A stretch of 64,000 bases of DNA from Rubripirellula sp. (GTDB taxonomy: Bacteria; Planctomycetota; Planctomycetia; Pirellulales; Pirellulaceae): the NCBI GenBank assembly GCA_965216875.1, contig OZ244207.1, positions 4,672,001-4,736,000 on the forward strand, read 5' to 3'. Shown piece by piece: positions 26,953-36,833 of the stretch (position 1 is its first letter; each line of letters begins with the position of its first letter). Below the pieces are notes generated by a model. It was given only the letters and a program-made list of their open reading frames with translations, was not told where the DNA came from and did no database searches. Position numbers and translations under genes: made by a program.

Positions 26953-28257
26953 ATGAAGATCCGTTCGATCTGTCCGCACACCAATCACCTTCGCATCAGC
27001 GAGTGTGTGCGCCGCTTGTTCGTAGCGGCGGGTGTTGCCCTACTCGGGACCATCGCGTGTGCCCCAGTGCATGCTCAGACCGGGCCCATTGGTCAGGCGA
27101 TTGATGGACACATTACTCATGGCAACGAAGCCTTTCGCATTGTCAGCGCCTCGGACGTCCCAGCTGATGAAGCAGCAACGGGAACGATCCAGCAAGTTGG
27201 CTGCCAATCGTGTGGCACCAGTTGCGGAGGCAGCTGTGGCGTGATCATGAGCGACTGTGGGTCGTGCGGATCATGCGGTTCAGCGTGTGGCGGCAGCTGT
27301 GGAAACTGCTACCGAGCACCGCGCCGCGGAAACGCTTGCACGCCTCGTGGATACGGTTATTCGCCCTTCTCGGGCTATGGCCACCCATGTGCTCCTTGTG
27401 CTCCTTACTACTACGTGAACTTTGACGCGTTGTACATGCAACGTGACACCAACGAACGGTTCTCGCTTTCACAAGACTACCAACTCGGTGATTACAGCCA
27501 GGAAATGGGCGGTCGATTCACTTTGGGAACCGTGCCAGACTGCGTGCACGGTTATGAACTCAGCTACACCGGGCACTTCCAATGGGACCGTGCAGCTGCT
27601 GCTTTCGATCCGGGCGGAGGATTGGACTCAATCTTGCAAGCTGGAACGCCTTTGGCTCCCGCTGCCGTAAGTGCATTTGACAACCCTGTGACCGCCTCGG
27701 CTCAGCTCTACACAAACGAGTACTGGAGCATCGAAGGCAACCGTACCATGACCGGCTGGGACGTCGCTCGATTGTTGGTCGGCGTTCGCTACCTGGAATG
27801 GGACGAACGATACGCGTTCTTCAGCACCGATGGTGTCGACAACGGCTTCTTCGGAAGCCGAACCGACAACAAGTTGTTCGGGATCCAAGCTGGTCTCGAC
27901 TTGATGTACCCAATCAGTCGCAACGGATACACCGACTTCCGCTCACGTGCTGGTGGATTCATCAACTTCGCGGAATCGGACGTGCTACTGATCAATGCTG
28001 GCACAGTACACATCAACAACGGCGACGATCGACGTCGTGTTGCAGGTGTGTTCGAACTCGGTGCCGGCCTGCGATACTACTTCGGTCAAACGCTAGCCAT
28101 TCGTGGCGGCGTCGAGCTTTGGTACCTCAGCGGAATCGCCAAAGCAAACAACCAATTCACCAACGTTGTTTCGCCAACCGTTACGGGTCGACGCACCTTC
28201 GCCAAGAGCGACGTTTTGGTCACAGGACTCACGTTCGGTGCCGAACTACGCCTGTAG
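26953..28257 (+). CDS. Planctomycete outer-membrane beta-barrel (BBP7-like) with Cys-rich linker
   Basis: Signal peptide, CGSCG repeats, alternating aromatic beta strands and C-terminal GLTFGAELRL. Confidence 0.75.
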   Translation: MKIRSICPHTNHLRISECVRRLFVAAGVALLGTIACAPVHAQTGPIGQAIDGHITHGNEAFRIVSASDVPADEAATGTIQQVGCQSCGTSCGGSCGVIMSDCGSCGSCGSACGGSCGNCYRAPRRGNACTPRGYGYSPFSGYGHPCAPCAPYYYVNFDALYMQRDTNERFSLSQDYQLGDYSQEMGGRFTLGTVPDCVHGYELSYTGHFQWDRAAAAFDPGGGLDSILQAGTPLAPAAVSAFDNPVTASAQLYTNEYWSIEGNRTMTGWDVARLLVGVRYLEWDERYAFFSTDGVDNGFFGSRTDNKLFGIQAGLDLMYPISRNGYTDFRSRAGGFINFAESDVLLINAGTVHINNGDDRRRVAGVFELGAGLRYYFGQTLAIRGGVELWYLSGIAKANNQFTNVVSPTVTGRRTFAKSDVLVTGLTFGAELRL

Positions 28258-28281
28258 TCGCACCAACAACCAGAATTCTCG

Positions 28282-28326
28282 CAAGACCAGCGACGCTCTC
28301 TAGCGTTGCTGGTCTTGTTGTTTTTT
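28282..28326 (+). terminator. Intrinsic terminator
   Basis: CAAGACCAGCGACGCT-CTCT-AGCGTTGCTGGTCTTG followed by a T-rich tract; overlaps the stop of the convergent gene. Confidence 0.7.
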
Positions 28327-28701
28327 GGCCCGCTTCTTTCGCAGCCAGTTCTGAACCGATCGTCCCGCCTGCTCGGTGATCGATCTCTCTTCTGGCGTCG
28401 CAATCGAGTTTTCGGTGATCTTCGTGATCGCTCGATGGATCTCACTGCCACACTTTGGGCAATTGACGGGTGGTTCCGTCACGGGCGCTTCGCATTGCGG
28501 ACAGAAATATTCGATGGTGGGGCGCATCGCCGCTTCAAACAAGCCACCGACTTCGCCAGCTTCGAACCATGCGCTGTCGTCCTTGCGCAACATCGTCTCG
28601 GGCGTCACTTCTCCGGCGCGCACCTTTTGAAGCAGCTCGCTTGGTCGCAACGGACCAACCGCTTCGGCATCGTCGTTGATTTGAATGAACCAGTCGGTCA
28701 C
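28300..28701 (-). CDS. GYF_2 (DUF4339) + zinc-ribbon protein
   Basis: WFIQ..VGPL..EL..G.VTPETMLRK...W, then CPQC..CPKC. Confidence 0.8.
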   Translation of the reverse strand: MTDWFIQINDDAEAVGPLRPSELLQKVRAGEVTPETMLRKDDSAWFEAGEVGGLFEAAMRPTIEYFCPQCEAPVTEPPVNCPKCGSEIHRAITKITENSIATPEERSITEQAGRSVQNWLRKKRAKKQQDQQR

Positions 28702-29026
28702 GACTCTTTCCCCTCGCCCTCGTGGTGCATGCTGGCTGCAAAACGGCTGCTACATCGCAATGAAATGGCCGGTTGGTCGTTGTCATCCAGCCAACACGCC
28801 AGCCGTTTCTTTTCCAACACAGCCACCATGATAAACGAAACGGGGCCGCTTTGGGGTCTTGGCCCCAGTGGAGCCGATCTTGGCCCACCACCGATCTAGG
28901 CCCCATTTGCCGAGAGCAAAGATGACCTGACCCTCCCAAGCTGCCATCCTGGCTGCGGATCCTTTGACAGAATCGACCGCGGCGATACGATATCGCGTGG
29001 TCTGTCCCACCAAGGTAGAAGTTTTC

Positions 29027-29500
29027 ATGCGTTGCCCCTATTGCCACGTCGATAACGATCGCGTCCTCGATACCCGAGGCGCCGAAGGGGGCTATATGGT
29101 TCGACGCCGCAGGATCTGCAGTTCCTGCCACCGGCGCTTCGCAACCACCGAGAAGATCGAAAAACTGAGCGTGCGTGTCGTCAAGTCGGACGAAACCCGC
29201 GAACCCTTCGACCGAGAAAAGATTCGCCGTGGCATCGAACGGGCGTGCTCAAAACGATCGATCGCGAGCTCGACGATCGAACGCGTCGTCCAAGATATCG
29301 AGGGGGACGTCTATGCCACCTTCGACTCGGAAGTCAATTCGACCCAAGTTGGCGATATCGTCATGCGACATTTGGCAAAGCTAGATGAAGTAGCATACAT
29401 TCGATTTGCAAGCGTCTATCGCGACTTTGATGACGCGCAAGACTTTATCCAGGCGATCACCGGAATGGTGGGCCAAGCCCGCGCAAACGCGTCGAACTAG
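29027..29500 (+). CDS. nrdR: Transcriptional repressor NrdR
   Basis: MRCPYC, RRRIC..C.RRF.T.E, ATP-cone VVKSD..REPFDREK and VAYIRFASVYRDF. Confidence 0.96.
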   Translation: MRCPYCHVDNDRVLDTRGAEGGYMVRRRRICSSCHRRFATTEKIEKLSVRVVKSDETREPFDREKIRRGIERACSKRSIASSTIERVVQDIEGDVYATFDSEVNSTQVGDIVMRHLAKLDEVAYIRFASVYRDFDDAQDFIQAITGMVGQARANASN

Positions 29501-29561
29501 CGCTGCGGATTGTAATCTTGGTGCCACTAGAGCAACTTCTTACGCAGTTTGGGCAGTACCC

Positions 29562-29654
29562 GTGAGCCGCTGGCCGTCAGGCCTCGGGCCCTTGCCGACA
29601 CGCAGCGAGCCAGAAGGCGATTAAGGCCCAGCCGCTTACGCGATCGCGGCTCCG
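29562..29654. repeat. REP-like inverted pair
   Basis: GTGAGCCGC..GGGCC / GGCCC..GCGGCTC, related to the family at 34929 and 46553-46686. Confidence 0.55.
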
Positions 29655-29929
29655 TTGTGTGAACTTGGGCACGGATTTCTGCTGGTGGAAGCGCAATTGC
29701 AATCCGTAGCCCTGAAGCGTGGTCTTCGTTATCGCGAGCCCCGCACTTAGATGCGAAGGTAGCCGCCCGTTTCACCTAAAGTGGCATTGCCTCGCCGCCG
29801 CGATTCTCACTACCACCATTGCACGCTCGCTTGTCGACGACATCGATTTGCAAGCAACCGCCGCTTGACCAACTGTCCAAACGTTGGCTCGCAGGTCGTT
29901 TTCCAACTCCAGCACGGTGTTCCTGATTG

Positions 29930-30583
29930 ATGAATCGCCTTTTTGTTATTGCGATCTTGGTTGGCACAGCATTGCCACTTTCCAAAGCAAACGCCCAGGT
30001 GCAAACCCAACGCGGCGCGGCGATGGGCGGCCTGGCTGGCGCAGTGGTCGGTGGCATCATCGGCGACAAGAACAATGAGGCGGGCGCCGGAGCTGCCATT
30101 GGCGGACTCGTTGGCGCCGTCACCGGTGGTGTGCTTGGAAACGCAGCCGACAAACAACAAACGATCGACCAACAACGTTACTACTATCAGCAGCAACAAC
30201 GCCAGCTACGAAACGTTGAGGCGACACAGGCTGCCGTTTCGACCGCCGACGTCGTGACGATGACGCGAAGTGGATTGAGCGAGAACGTGATCATCAATCA
30301 GATCCAACAGCGTGGTGTGCAACAACGGCTTGAGGTCTCCGACATCATTGCGTTGCATCAGCAAGGGGTCACCGAATCGGTTATCACCGCAATGCAGAAC
30401 TCGGTGACCGGCGTGCAACGCGTTGCTCGCGCCGAAGCACCCGCCGTGCAACCGCGCGTGGTTGCGCCCGCCCCTGTGATTGTCGAAGAACACTACGTGC
30501 TACCACATTATCCGCCGCCACGGTATCGCCACTACCACCATCACCACTATCGGCCGCGGCACAGCTTCCATATCCGCTTCTAG
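29930..30583 (+). CDS. Glycine-zipper exported protein
   Basis: Signal peptide, GAAMGGLAGAVVGGIIG..GAAIGGLVGAVTGGVLG, and a His-rich tail. Confidence 0.85.
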   Translation: MNRLFVIAILVGTALPLSKANAQVQTQRGAAMGGLAGAVVGGIIGDKNNEAGAGAAIGGLVGAVTGGVLGNAADKQQTIDQQRYYYQQQQRQLRNVEATQAAVSTADVVTMTRSGLSENVIINQIQQRGVQQRLEVSDIIALHQQGVTESVITAMQNSVTGVQRVARAEAPAVQPRVVAPAPVIVEEHYVLPHYPPPRYRHYHHHHYRPRHSFHIRF

Positions 30584-30626
30584 AATCAGCCCCCGTCACG
30601 CTCGACAAAACGCTGTCGTGATGGGT

Positions 30627-33404
30627 CTACTGAGATGCGGCATCAAGAGCAGCCTGGTACTTTTCGATCTGCTGATGCAAATGCCATTGACCGGGGTCGT
30701 CCAACACACAGGCTTGTTCGACTTGCAGCGCCTCGCGTGTGCGACCGAGTAAAAATAGCACCTCGGCGAGCGTGTCGCGATAAATCGCGCTATCGGGTTC
30801 GAGCGCAACGGCACGTTCGGCAAGCTCAAGTGCCTCATCGAGCCGCTTGCCGTTCATCGCAGCCACCCAGGCAAGGTTGTTGCAGCGTGTCGCATCGAAA
30901 GGGAACGCTTTGATGCTCTCGCGGCCTCGTTCAAAGAACCGCTCAAAGAACTGGTCGGCAATCTGCGTCGCGCCCGCCTCGCGCAGCTCGGGCAACAAAC
31001 CCTCCGCCGAATCGATATCCACCGGATCGAGTTCTTCGATTCGGTAAAGGTGGCGTTTGGCTAAGTCAAAGTCCTTTTGGGCAATCGCAGCACGCAGTAG
31101 CCAGCGACGCACATCCAACGGCAAAGTAACGTACGCGACGCTTCGGTAGTCCGTCGATTCAAGCGTGCCGCTAGCTGCCAAGTCATACCACATTGCGGCG
31201 TTTGCGATATCGTCGTCCTGGATCAAACGCGAGTATTGCCATGCGACACTGTAAAGCCCAGGTCCGTCGGGCGAGCCGATTGCAGCCATCGGCAATAAAC
31301 TCGTATAGGCTTCGCTGGCCAATTCCATTTCGCCGTGTTGACCGAGGTAACCAGCGATGGTGTCGCGCAGTTCGGTCGAAGGGGCACAAAGCGTCACCCG
31401 AATCTGATACAGCAAACGATCGCTCGTCGCCAAGTCATGACGTCGCTTTGCCAACACCCATTGCCCGATCAACGCTTTGCAGGCGACGTCGACATCATCG
31501 ATACGAATGCGCAAGCCTGGTGAGCTTTGGCGTCCCTGAATACGTTGCCAAATCATCTCATAGAGCACTTCTGAAGCCCCACCGCGGCCGCGAAACAACT
31601 CGCTTTCGGCTTTATGCAGGGCGGCATCGACGTTGCCCGATTCGATCATGTAGGTCAAACAACGATCCGCCAAGTCGCTGCGCCCGTGCGTGGCAAACAT
31701 CTTGACGATCGGCAGCGTCAAACGCACGCGAGTGCGCGTCATCATCCGCTCGTACGTGTCCCTTGACTGCACGTTCCGCGTCATCAATTTGTCGTAGACA
31801 CCCGTTAAATCACGATTGAGATCAAATCCCTCGGGTGTTCGGCCTGAAAGCAATTCGTAGGTAATGTGCAATCGGGAAGCGAAAGATCGGCCTGGCAAAT
31901 GCTTATCAACGGCATCGCGAACCAATCCAAAATTAAGCTCATCGACGCCGCGGATCGCCCCAGCCACCGACCGTTGACTGGTCATCGAAAACGACTGTTG
32001 TCCGGCAAGCCCGGCAAGCCGCGCGGTCCAATCGCGATGAATGGTCGACGCAAGATAAGAGAGCACGTATTCACGAACCGGAATCGTCTGGACGTCGACG
32101 TCGCTGGTGCACAAGCGGTGTGCGATCGCCCATGCCGCGTCTTCACGTCCAATCCCGAGCAAACAGCGCATCAATCCCAACAGCCGCCGCATCGGTTCAG
32201 CAAGATTGCTGACTCGCTCGTCATCGAGTTCCGAACGTTGTGCGGCAATGGCTTCATCAATCCAATCGTCAATCTTCAAATCGATCTGATCGATCGGGTA
32301 ACCAAGCGACGTAAAGGCGCGTGGTCCTCGACCGACCGAAACCGCGATGACTGCTGCATCATCGACATCCGATTTTTCGAAAAGTGTCAGTGCCGCATCG
32401 ACCTGACCATGACCAGCAAGGCTCTTCCAAGCCAAGTCAACTGCATACCGACTTGACGGGTCCGTGCTCGACAGATTGGAGACGGCTTCTTGAAAGATCG
32501 CTTGATTCTGGCATCGGTCCGCTGCCAAGAGAGCGTGACTCCATAACCGCGTCTGTTCGTAAACTCCAATGTCATCGCGGCGCGCCGCCTCGGCGCTCTC
32601 TTTCGCCATCTGATCCCATTGGCCCGCCAACATCTGTGCGATGGCGCGCATGTTTTCGCTGCCGCCTGCACGAGCCACTTCGACCGCACGCTCGGGGTCT
32701 CCCATGACGGCATGAATCGCAACGAGTGCTTCGGTCCGTAAACGTTCGGGCCAAGTCTCGGACGATGTAGGCAGCAATGTGTCATCGCCAAACTCGATGC
32801 CCAACAGCTGCATCAATTGAATGCGAGTGACCGCCAACTCTTTGTTGTCGGCGATCAAATCGATGAGTTTCAGAAGATCGCCAAGCGTGTCTTGCTCGAG
32901 AGCCAACTTCACGTACACCGGATATCGGCGCGTCATCGCGGCGCTTAGGCGCCGCTGCAAGAGTTCTCGATTGATCGTCCCCGCGGATTCTTCGACCGCG
33001 ACCACCGCCGCAGCGAATTGCCCGACCTCCAACAATTCTTGGAGCGCCGCCGGATCATCCGAACGTTGCAACATCCGCGCAATATGCGGCGGCGTGTTTG
33101 GCATCGCGCCGCGACGCCACTGACGCAAAATCCAATTCGCCCGGGCAGCCACTTCGGGATCACCATCACGTGCGGCCTCTTGGACCTGCTGGCGCGTCTG
33201 CTGACGATTGCCCCAAATCTCAAGGGTTGCTTTCTGGCGGCTCGAGTAGCTGCGCCGCGACAACTCTTCAAGCGGCGACTCTTCTGTCTCGCGCCCAGAA
33301 GTTTGTGCATCGACCGCTAGCGGAGCGATCAAGTTTGCGAGGATAATGCAGGTCGCAGCCCAACCAAAACGCAGACCCCATCTCGACAACAACGAGCTTG
33401 GCAA
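30627..33404 (-). CDS. Large TPR/helical exported protein
   Basis: Signal peptide and a C-terminal TPR (NNLAWV..LDEALELAERAVALEPD..YRDTLAEV). Confidence 0.75.
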   Translation of the reverse strand: MPSSLLSRWGLRFGWAATCIILANLIAPLAVDAQTSGRETEESPLEELSRRSYSSRQKATLEIWGNRQQTRQQVQEAARDGDPEVAARANWILRQWRRGAMPNTPPHIARMLQRSDDPAALQELLEVGQFAAAVVAVEESAGTINRELLQRRLSAAMTRRYPVYVKLALEQDTLGDLLKLIDLIADNKELAVTRIQLMQLLGIEFGDDTLLPTSSETWPERLRTEALVAIHAVMGDPERAVEVARAGGSENMRAIAQMLAGQWDQMAKESAEAARRDDIGVYEQTRLWSHALLAADRCQNQAIFQEAVSNLSSTDPSSRYAVDLAWKSLAGHGQVDAALTLFEKSDVDDAAVIAVSVGRGPRAFTSLGYPIDQIDLKIDDWIDEAIAAQRSELDDERVSNLAEPMRRLLGLMRCLLGIGREDAAWAIAHRLCTSDVDVQTIPVREYVLSYLASTIHRDWTARLAGLAGQQSFSMTSQRSVAGAIRGVDELNFGLVRDAVDKHLPGRSFASRLHITYELLSGRTPEGFDLNRDLTGVYDKLMTRNVQSRDTYERMMTRTRVRLTLPIVKMFATHGRSDLADRCLTYMIESGNVDAALHKAESELFRGRGGASEVLYEMIWQRIQGRQSSPGLRIRIDDVDVACKALIGQWVLAKRRHDLATSDRLLYQIRVTLCAPSTELRDTIAGYLGQHGEMELASEAYTSLLPMAAIGSPDGPGLYSVAWQYSRLIQDDDIANAAMWYDLAASGTLESTDYRSVAYVTLPLDVRRWLLRAAIAQKDFDLAKRHLYRIEELDPVDIDSAEGLLPELREAGATQIADQFFERFFERGRESIKAFPFDATRCNNLAWVAAMNGKRLDEALELAERAVALEPDSAIYRDTLAEVLFLLGRTREALQVEQACVLDDPGQWHLHQQIEKYQAALDAASQ

Positions 33405-33612
33405 GTTGACAATTCCTTCGTTTCACGAGGGCGGGTTGGGCAAAAAAGCGACAATGGCACCCGATCCAATCGTGTGTGCCGACCCGTTAAGATTTTAGCA
33501 GAGGTCAATCGGATCCGAGCCTTTGAATCAGGATTGCCGTCCGTTTGACACCCCCCGCAGCCTCACCACCCGAATCTTCCCGCCTCATTTCATGTCAGGA
33601 GCCCTTCCAATC

Positions 33613-34917
33613 ATGCGGTTTTCGACTTCCCAGTGTTTTTCCATCGCAATCGTGGCTCTGTTATCCGTTTCGGCTCAGGCAGCTGACTCTTGGCCCCAAT
33701 GGCGCGGTCCGGCACAAAATGGTGTCGCCGACGGTGCCGCGTTCCCGACCGAGTGGGATGACGAAGGCAAATCGGGCATTGTTTGGCAACGCGAACTGCC
33801 AGGTCGCGGAGGCAGCACACCGGTCGTCTCGGGCTCAACCGCCTACCTGACCGCAGGCGTCGAAGGCAAAAACCAGTTATTGGCCCTCGATACAAACACC
33901 GGAAAGACCAAATGGAGTGTGGCGATCGGTGACGATACCGGTGGCAAACACAAGAAGGGCAGTGGAAGCAACCCGTCGGCCGTCGTGGATGGCGATTTGG
34001 TCTACGCCTATTTTCGAAGTGGCGACCTCGGTTGTGTCGACGCAAGTGGTGACCTGAAATGGCACATCAATCTGCAAGAGAAATTTGGCGAAGACACACT
34101 GTGGTGGGACTTGGGATCCTCGCCAACGGTAACAAAATCGGCTGTGGTCGTTGCCGTCATGCAAACCGGTCCAAGCTATTTGGTCGCCTATGACAAAGAA
34201 ACGGGCGACCAACTTTGGAAAGCCGATCGAACGTTCCCCGTGCCTGGCGATCGCTACGAAGCCTCTCAAAGCTACGCAACACCACTCGTCGTCGATGTCG
34301 ATGGACGCGAGGTCATTGCGGTCATGGGTGGCGACTACCTAACGTTACATGCAGCCGATTCAGGCAAGCAACTCGGAAAGCTCGGTGGCTTTAACCCACA
34401 ACAAGAACAGTACTGGCGTTCCATCTCTTCGCCTGTCGCTGATGGGAACATCATCGTCTGCCCTTACGCACGGGGCGAAACGTTGACGGCCGTTCGCATG
34501 GACCAATTGATCGCCGGCAAGGGTAAAGATGCCATCGCATGGTTCCGAGATGACTTGGGTTCCGACGTTCCCACTCCTGCAGCTGCCGCCGGTCGACTGT
34601 ATGTGATCGGCGACAAGAAATCGCGTGGCCTGTTCACCTGCGTCGACATCAAGACGGGCGAAACGATTTGGGAAACCCGTCTCGAAAAATCACGTGTCGA
34701 TTTCAGCAGCTCGCCTTTGGTGGCAGGCAATCACATTTATGCGACCGGCGAAAACGCAACGACCTTTGTCGTTGGTCCGATTGATGCCGATCAACCGGCA
34801 ATGGTTTCCAAGAATGAGCTTGGCGATACCGCCAACTTTACGGTCGCCAGCCCCGTGCCGGTCGGAAGCGACTTGCTGATTCGTAGCCGCAGCCATCTCT
34901 ATCGAGTCGGCAAGTGA
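33613..34917 (+). CDS. PQQ-like beta-propeller protein (BamB-like family)
   Basis: WPQWRGP N-terminus and repeated 'A.D..TG...W' blades. Confidence 0.9.
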   Translation: MRFSTSQCFSIAIVALLSVSAQAADSWPQWRGPAQNGVADGAAFPTEWDDEGKSGIVWQRELPGRGGSTPVVSGSTAYLTAGVEGKNQLLALDTNTGKTKWSVAIGDDTGGKHKKGSGSNPSAVVDGDLVYAYFRSGDLGCVDASGDLKWHINLQEKFGEDTLWWDLGSSPTVTKSAVVVAVMQTGPSYLVAYDKETGDQLWKADRTFPVPGDRYEASQSYATPLVVDVDGREVIAVMGGDYLTLHAADSGKQLGKLGGFNPQQEQYWRSISSPVADGNIIVCPYARGETLTAVRMDQLIAGKGKDAIAWFRDDLGSDVPTPAAAAGRLYVIGDKKSRGLFTCVDIKTGETIWETRLEKSRVDFSSSPLVAGNHIYATGENATTFVVGPIDADQPAMVSKNELGDTANFTVASPVPVGSDLLIRSRSHLYRVGK

Positions 34918-34928
34918 GCTCATTTGCA

Positions 34929-35086
34929 GTGAGCCGTTCGCGTTAGCGTCGGGCCTTACCCACCTCGTTCCCACGCTCTGCGTGGGAACGCACGCTTCGG
35001 ACGCTCCGCGTCCCGTCCTTGCCCGTGAGCCGAACGCGTTAGCGTCGGGCCTTACGAAATAAAAAGAGCGTAGGGCCCGACGCTAG
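34929..35086. repeat. REP cluster; last copy interrupted by the IS
   Basis: GTGAGCCG..CGCGTTAGCGTCGGGCCTTA twice, CTCGTTCCCACGCTCTGCGTGGGAACG, and GGGCCCGACGCTAG whose remainder resumes at 36764. Confidence 0.85.
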
Positions 35087-36763
35087 CCCGAATTATTCAT
35101 GGGTTTTGAGATTTTGAGTTGCTGGGGTGATCGAGGTTGTTTTTCGGGGGCTGTGCCGAAGTCGGCGCGGAGGGCCCCTTACCCCAATGACCTGATTGGC
35201 CACGAGCGACTAGCGAGCGCTTCGATGGGGGCGATTAGTCGCTGGCATGGTAGGCCGCCAGTGCGACACTGACTCGGTGTAGGTGTCGCCAGTGAGGCCA
35301 AGAAGTTGGAACGAGAAGACGCACCTTGCGGCTAAGCAGTTCCACTCGCGCTGCCACTTTCACGACCAGTTTTCGCCAAGTCATCGCTTGCCCGCGACCC
35401 AATGGATCGTGTCGGCGATTGCGACTTCGGTGACGCTGCTTTTGAGGTGTTGGCAACGCCTCGAATGGAAGGTGGGTTGACGGATCGACCGGTTCATCCA
35501 GTGGGCTCGCAACGATCCTCCGTAGTCTCGCCAGCAAGTTGTAAGAGACACAGTGCAACATCATCCGGAACAGATTCGCCATGTAGCGGTGGTCGCTCAG
35601 GCGGTCAGCGCAGAGGTCCACACTCAATTCTTTGTTTCGGTTTTCACTTTCGCCCCGATCCCCATACTCTTGATAGACTCCGTCGGGGTATTGCTCGGCG
35701 CCTGGACGATTGGTCACCACGACACGTCGGTTGGTTCCTTCGCTGGTCACTTCACATTTAAAGACCAAGTCACGTTCCCGTTTCCAGGTTCCAGCTTGAT
35801 GTTTGCGGTGCATGAACCGACACTGCTCCTGTCCGGACGACTCGAATGCCAACTCGGCAACACACTTCAATTCGTCCGTAAATCTCCGCATTAACCGGTC
35901 CATTTGGTAACCGATGCTATACGTCACTCCGGAGCGAGATTCCAGTGCCTCGTAGATGTAGGGTGTGGCGAAGCCGTTGTCGGCTCGCACATGCACCCGA
36001 ACATCCGGGAACTTCTGACGCAACGCGTCGATGATTCGAAGCAGGTCATCGTCTGCGGCCAATGCAACATTGGCCGTCCCATACAGCAAAACAGGGAGAA
36101 CCACCTGTTGGTTTTCAGCACAAGTGATCACACGCTCCTGGTACATGTGCTGACGGTAAAACCCGTTGAAGAAGGTTAGTTGCTGGGCGCCGTGCGTGGC
36201 GTCGGCAAAGGTGTCGATATCAAGGGTGACCTCGGAGGGTGGCTCGTCAAACGACTCGACGAATGCCTTGATGAACCAGTCCTCCAGAGCCAGCAGATCT
36301 CTCGGGGTGATCCCATTTTCAATTCTGGAGATGGTGGGCTGACTCGCCAAATCCCCCTCTTGAACCGTACGCCCAGCGATCAACTTGAAGATAGGATCCG
36401 AGCGCAACGTGTCGTGATCGTCTTGGTCTTCGTAGCCAGCGATGATTCCAAAAACGCGCTGTCGAATAACGCTCAAGAGAGAATGAGTCGGCTTGCGTCT
36501 GACTTCGCCGATGCAATTAGAAAACGATTCAGTCAGCCCGAGCTTATCGTCGAGTTCGCGGAACACCACGAGGCCACCATCGCAACTGACATGTTCGTCA
36601 ACTTGCCGAACTTCAATCGTTCGCCCCGGGAAAAAGTCGAACAACGCTGGCTGTAAATCGTGTACCATTGGGGCGAGCCTTTTTGTGGGTCGTAAGTTGA
36701 TGTCAGATACCAACTTGGACGCACGAAAGGCTCTTTTCGTTCAACTCTGATGAATAATTCGGG
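35087..36763 (-). mobile_element. IS1380-family insertion sequence
   Basis: 14-bp perfect terminal IRs CCCGAATTATTCAT (35087-35100 / 36750-36763), flanking CTAG duplication (35083-35086 / 36764-36767), and a single transposase. Confidence 0.92.
35235..36668 (-). CDS. IS1380-family DDE transposase
   Basis: SCDGGL, GYEDQDD...R.DP, LASQPTISR.EN, LDID...HG.QQ..FNG.Y, VRADNGF and Y.DRGESENRNKE. Start ATG 36668 or TTG 36713. Confidence 0.93.
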   Translation of the reverse strand: MVHDLQPALFDFFPGRTIEVRQVDEHVSCDGGLVVFRELDDKLGLTESFSNCIGEVRRKPTHSLLSVIRQRVFGIIAGYEDQDDHDTLRSDPIFKLIAGRTVQEGDLASQPTISRIENGITPRDLLALEDWFIKAFVESFDEPPSEVTLDIDTFADATHGAQQLTFFNGFYRQHMYQERVITCAENQQVVLPVLLYGTANVALAADDDLLRIIDALRQKFPDVRVHVRADNGFATPYIYEALESRSGVTYSIGYQMDRLMRRFTDELKCVAELAFESSGQEQCRFMHRKHQAGTWKRERDLVFKCEVTSEGTNRRVVVTNRPGAEQYPDGVYQEYGDRGESENRNKELSVDLCADRLSDHRYMANLFRMMLHCVSYNLLARLRRIVASPLDEPVDPSTHLPFEALPTPQKQRHRSRNRRHDPLGRGQAMTWRKLVVKVAARVELLSRKVRLLVPTSWPHWRHLHRVSVALAAYHASD

Positions 36764-36833
36764 CTAGCGCGTTCGGCTCACAAGAGAACCCCAGCTAGAA
36801 TGGTGCGTACAAGCACACACCCTACGTTGGCGA

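Noticed and set aside
35081..36769. 20-bp terminal inverted repeats for the IS
   Set aside because: The extra 6 bp come from the palindromic target CGCTAGCG. The REP reconstruction gives 14-bp IRs plus a CTAG duplication.
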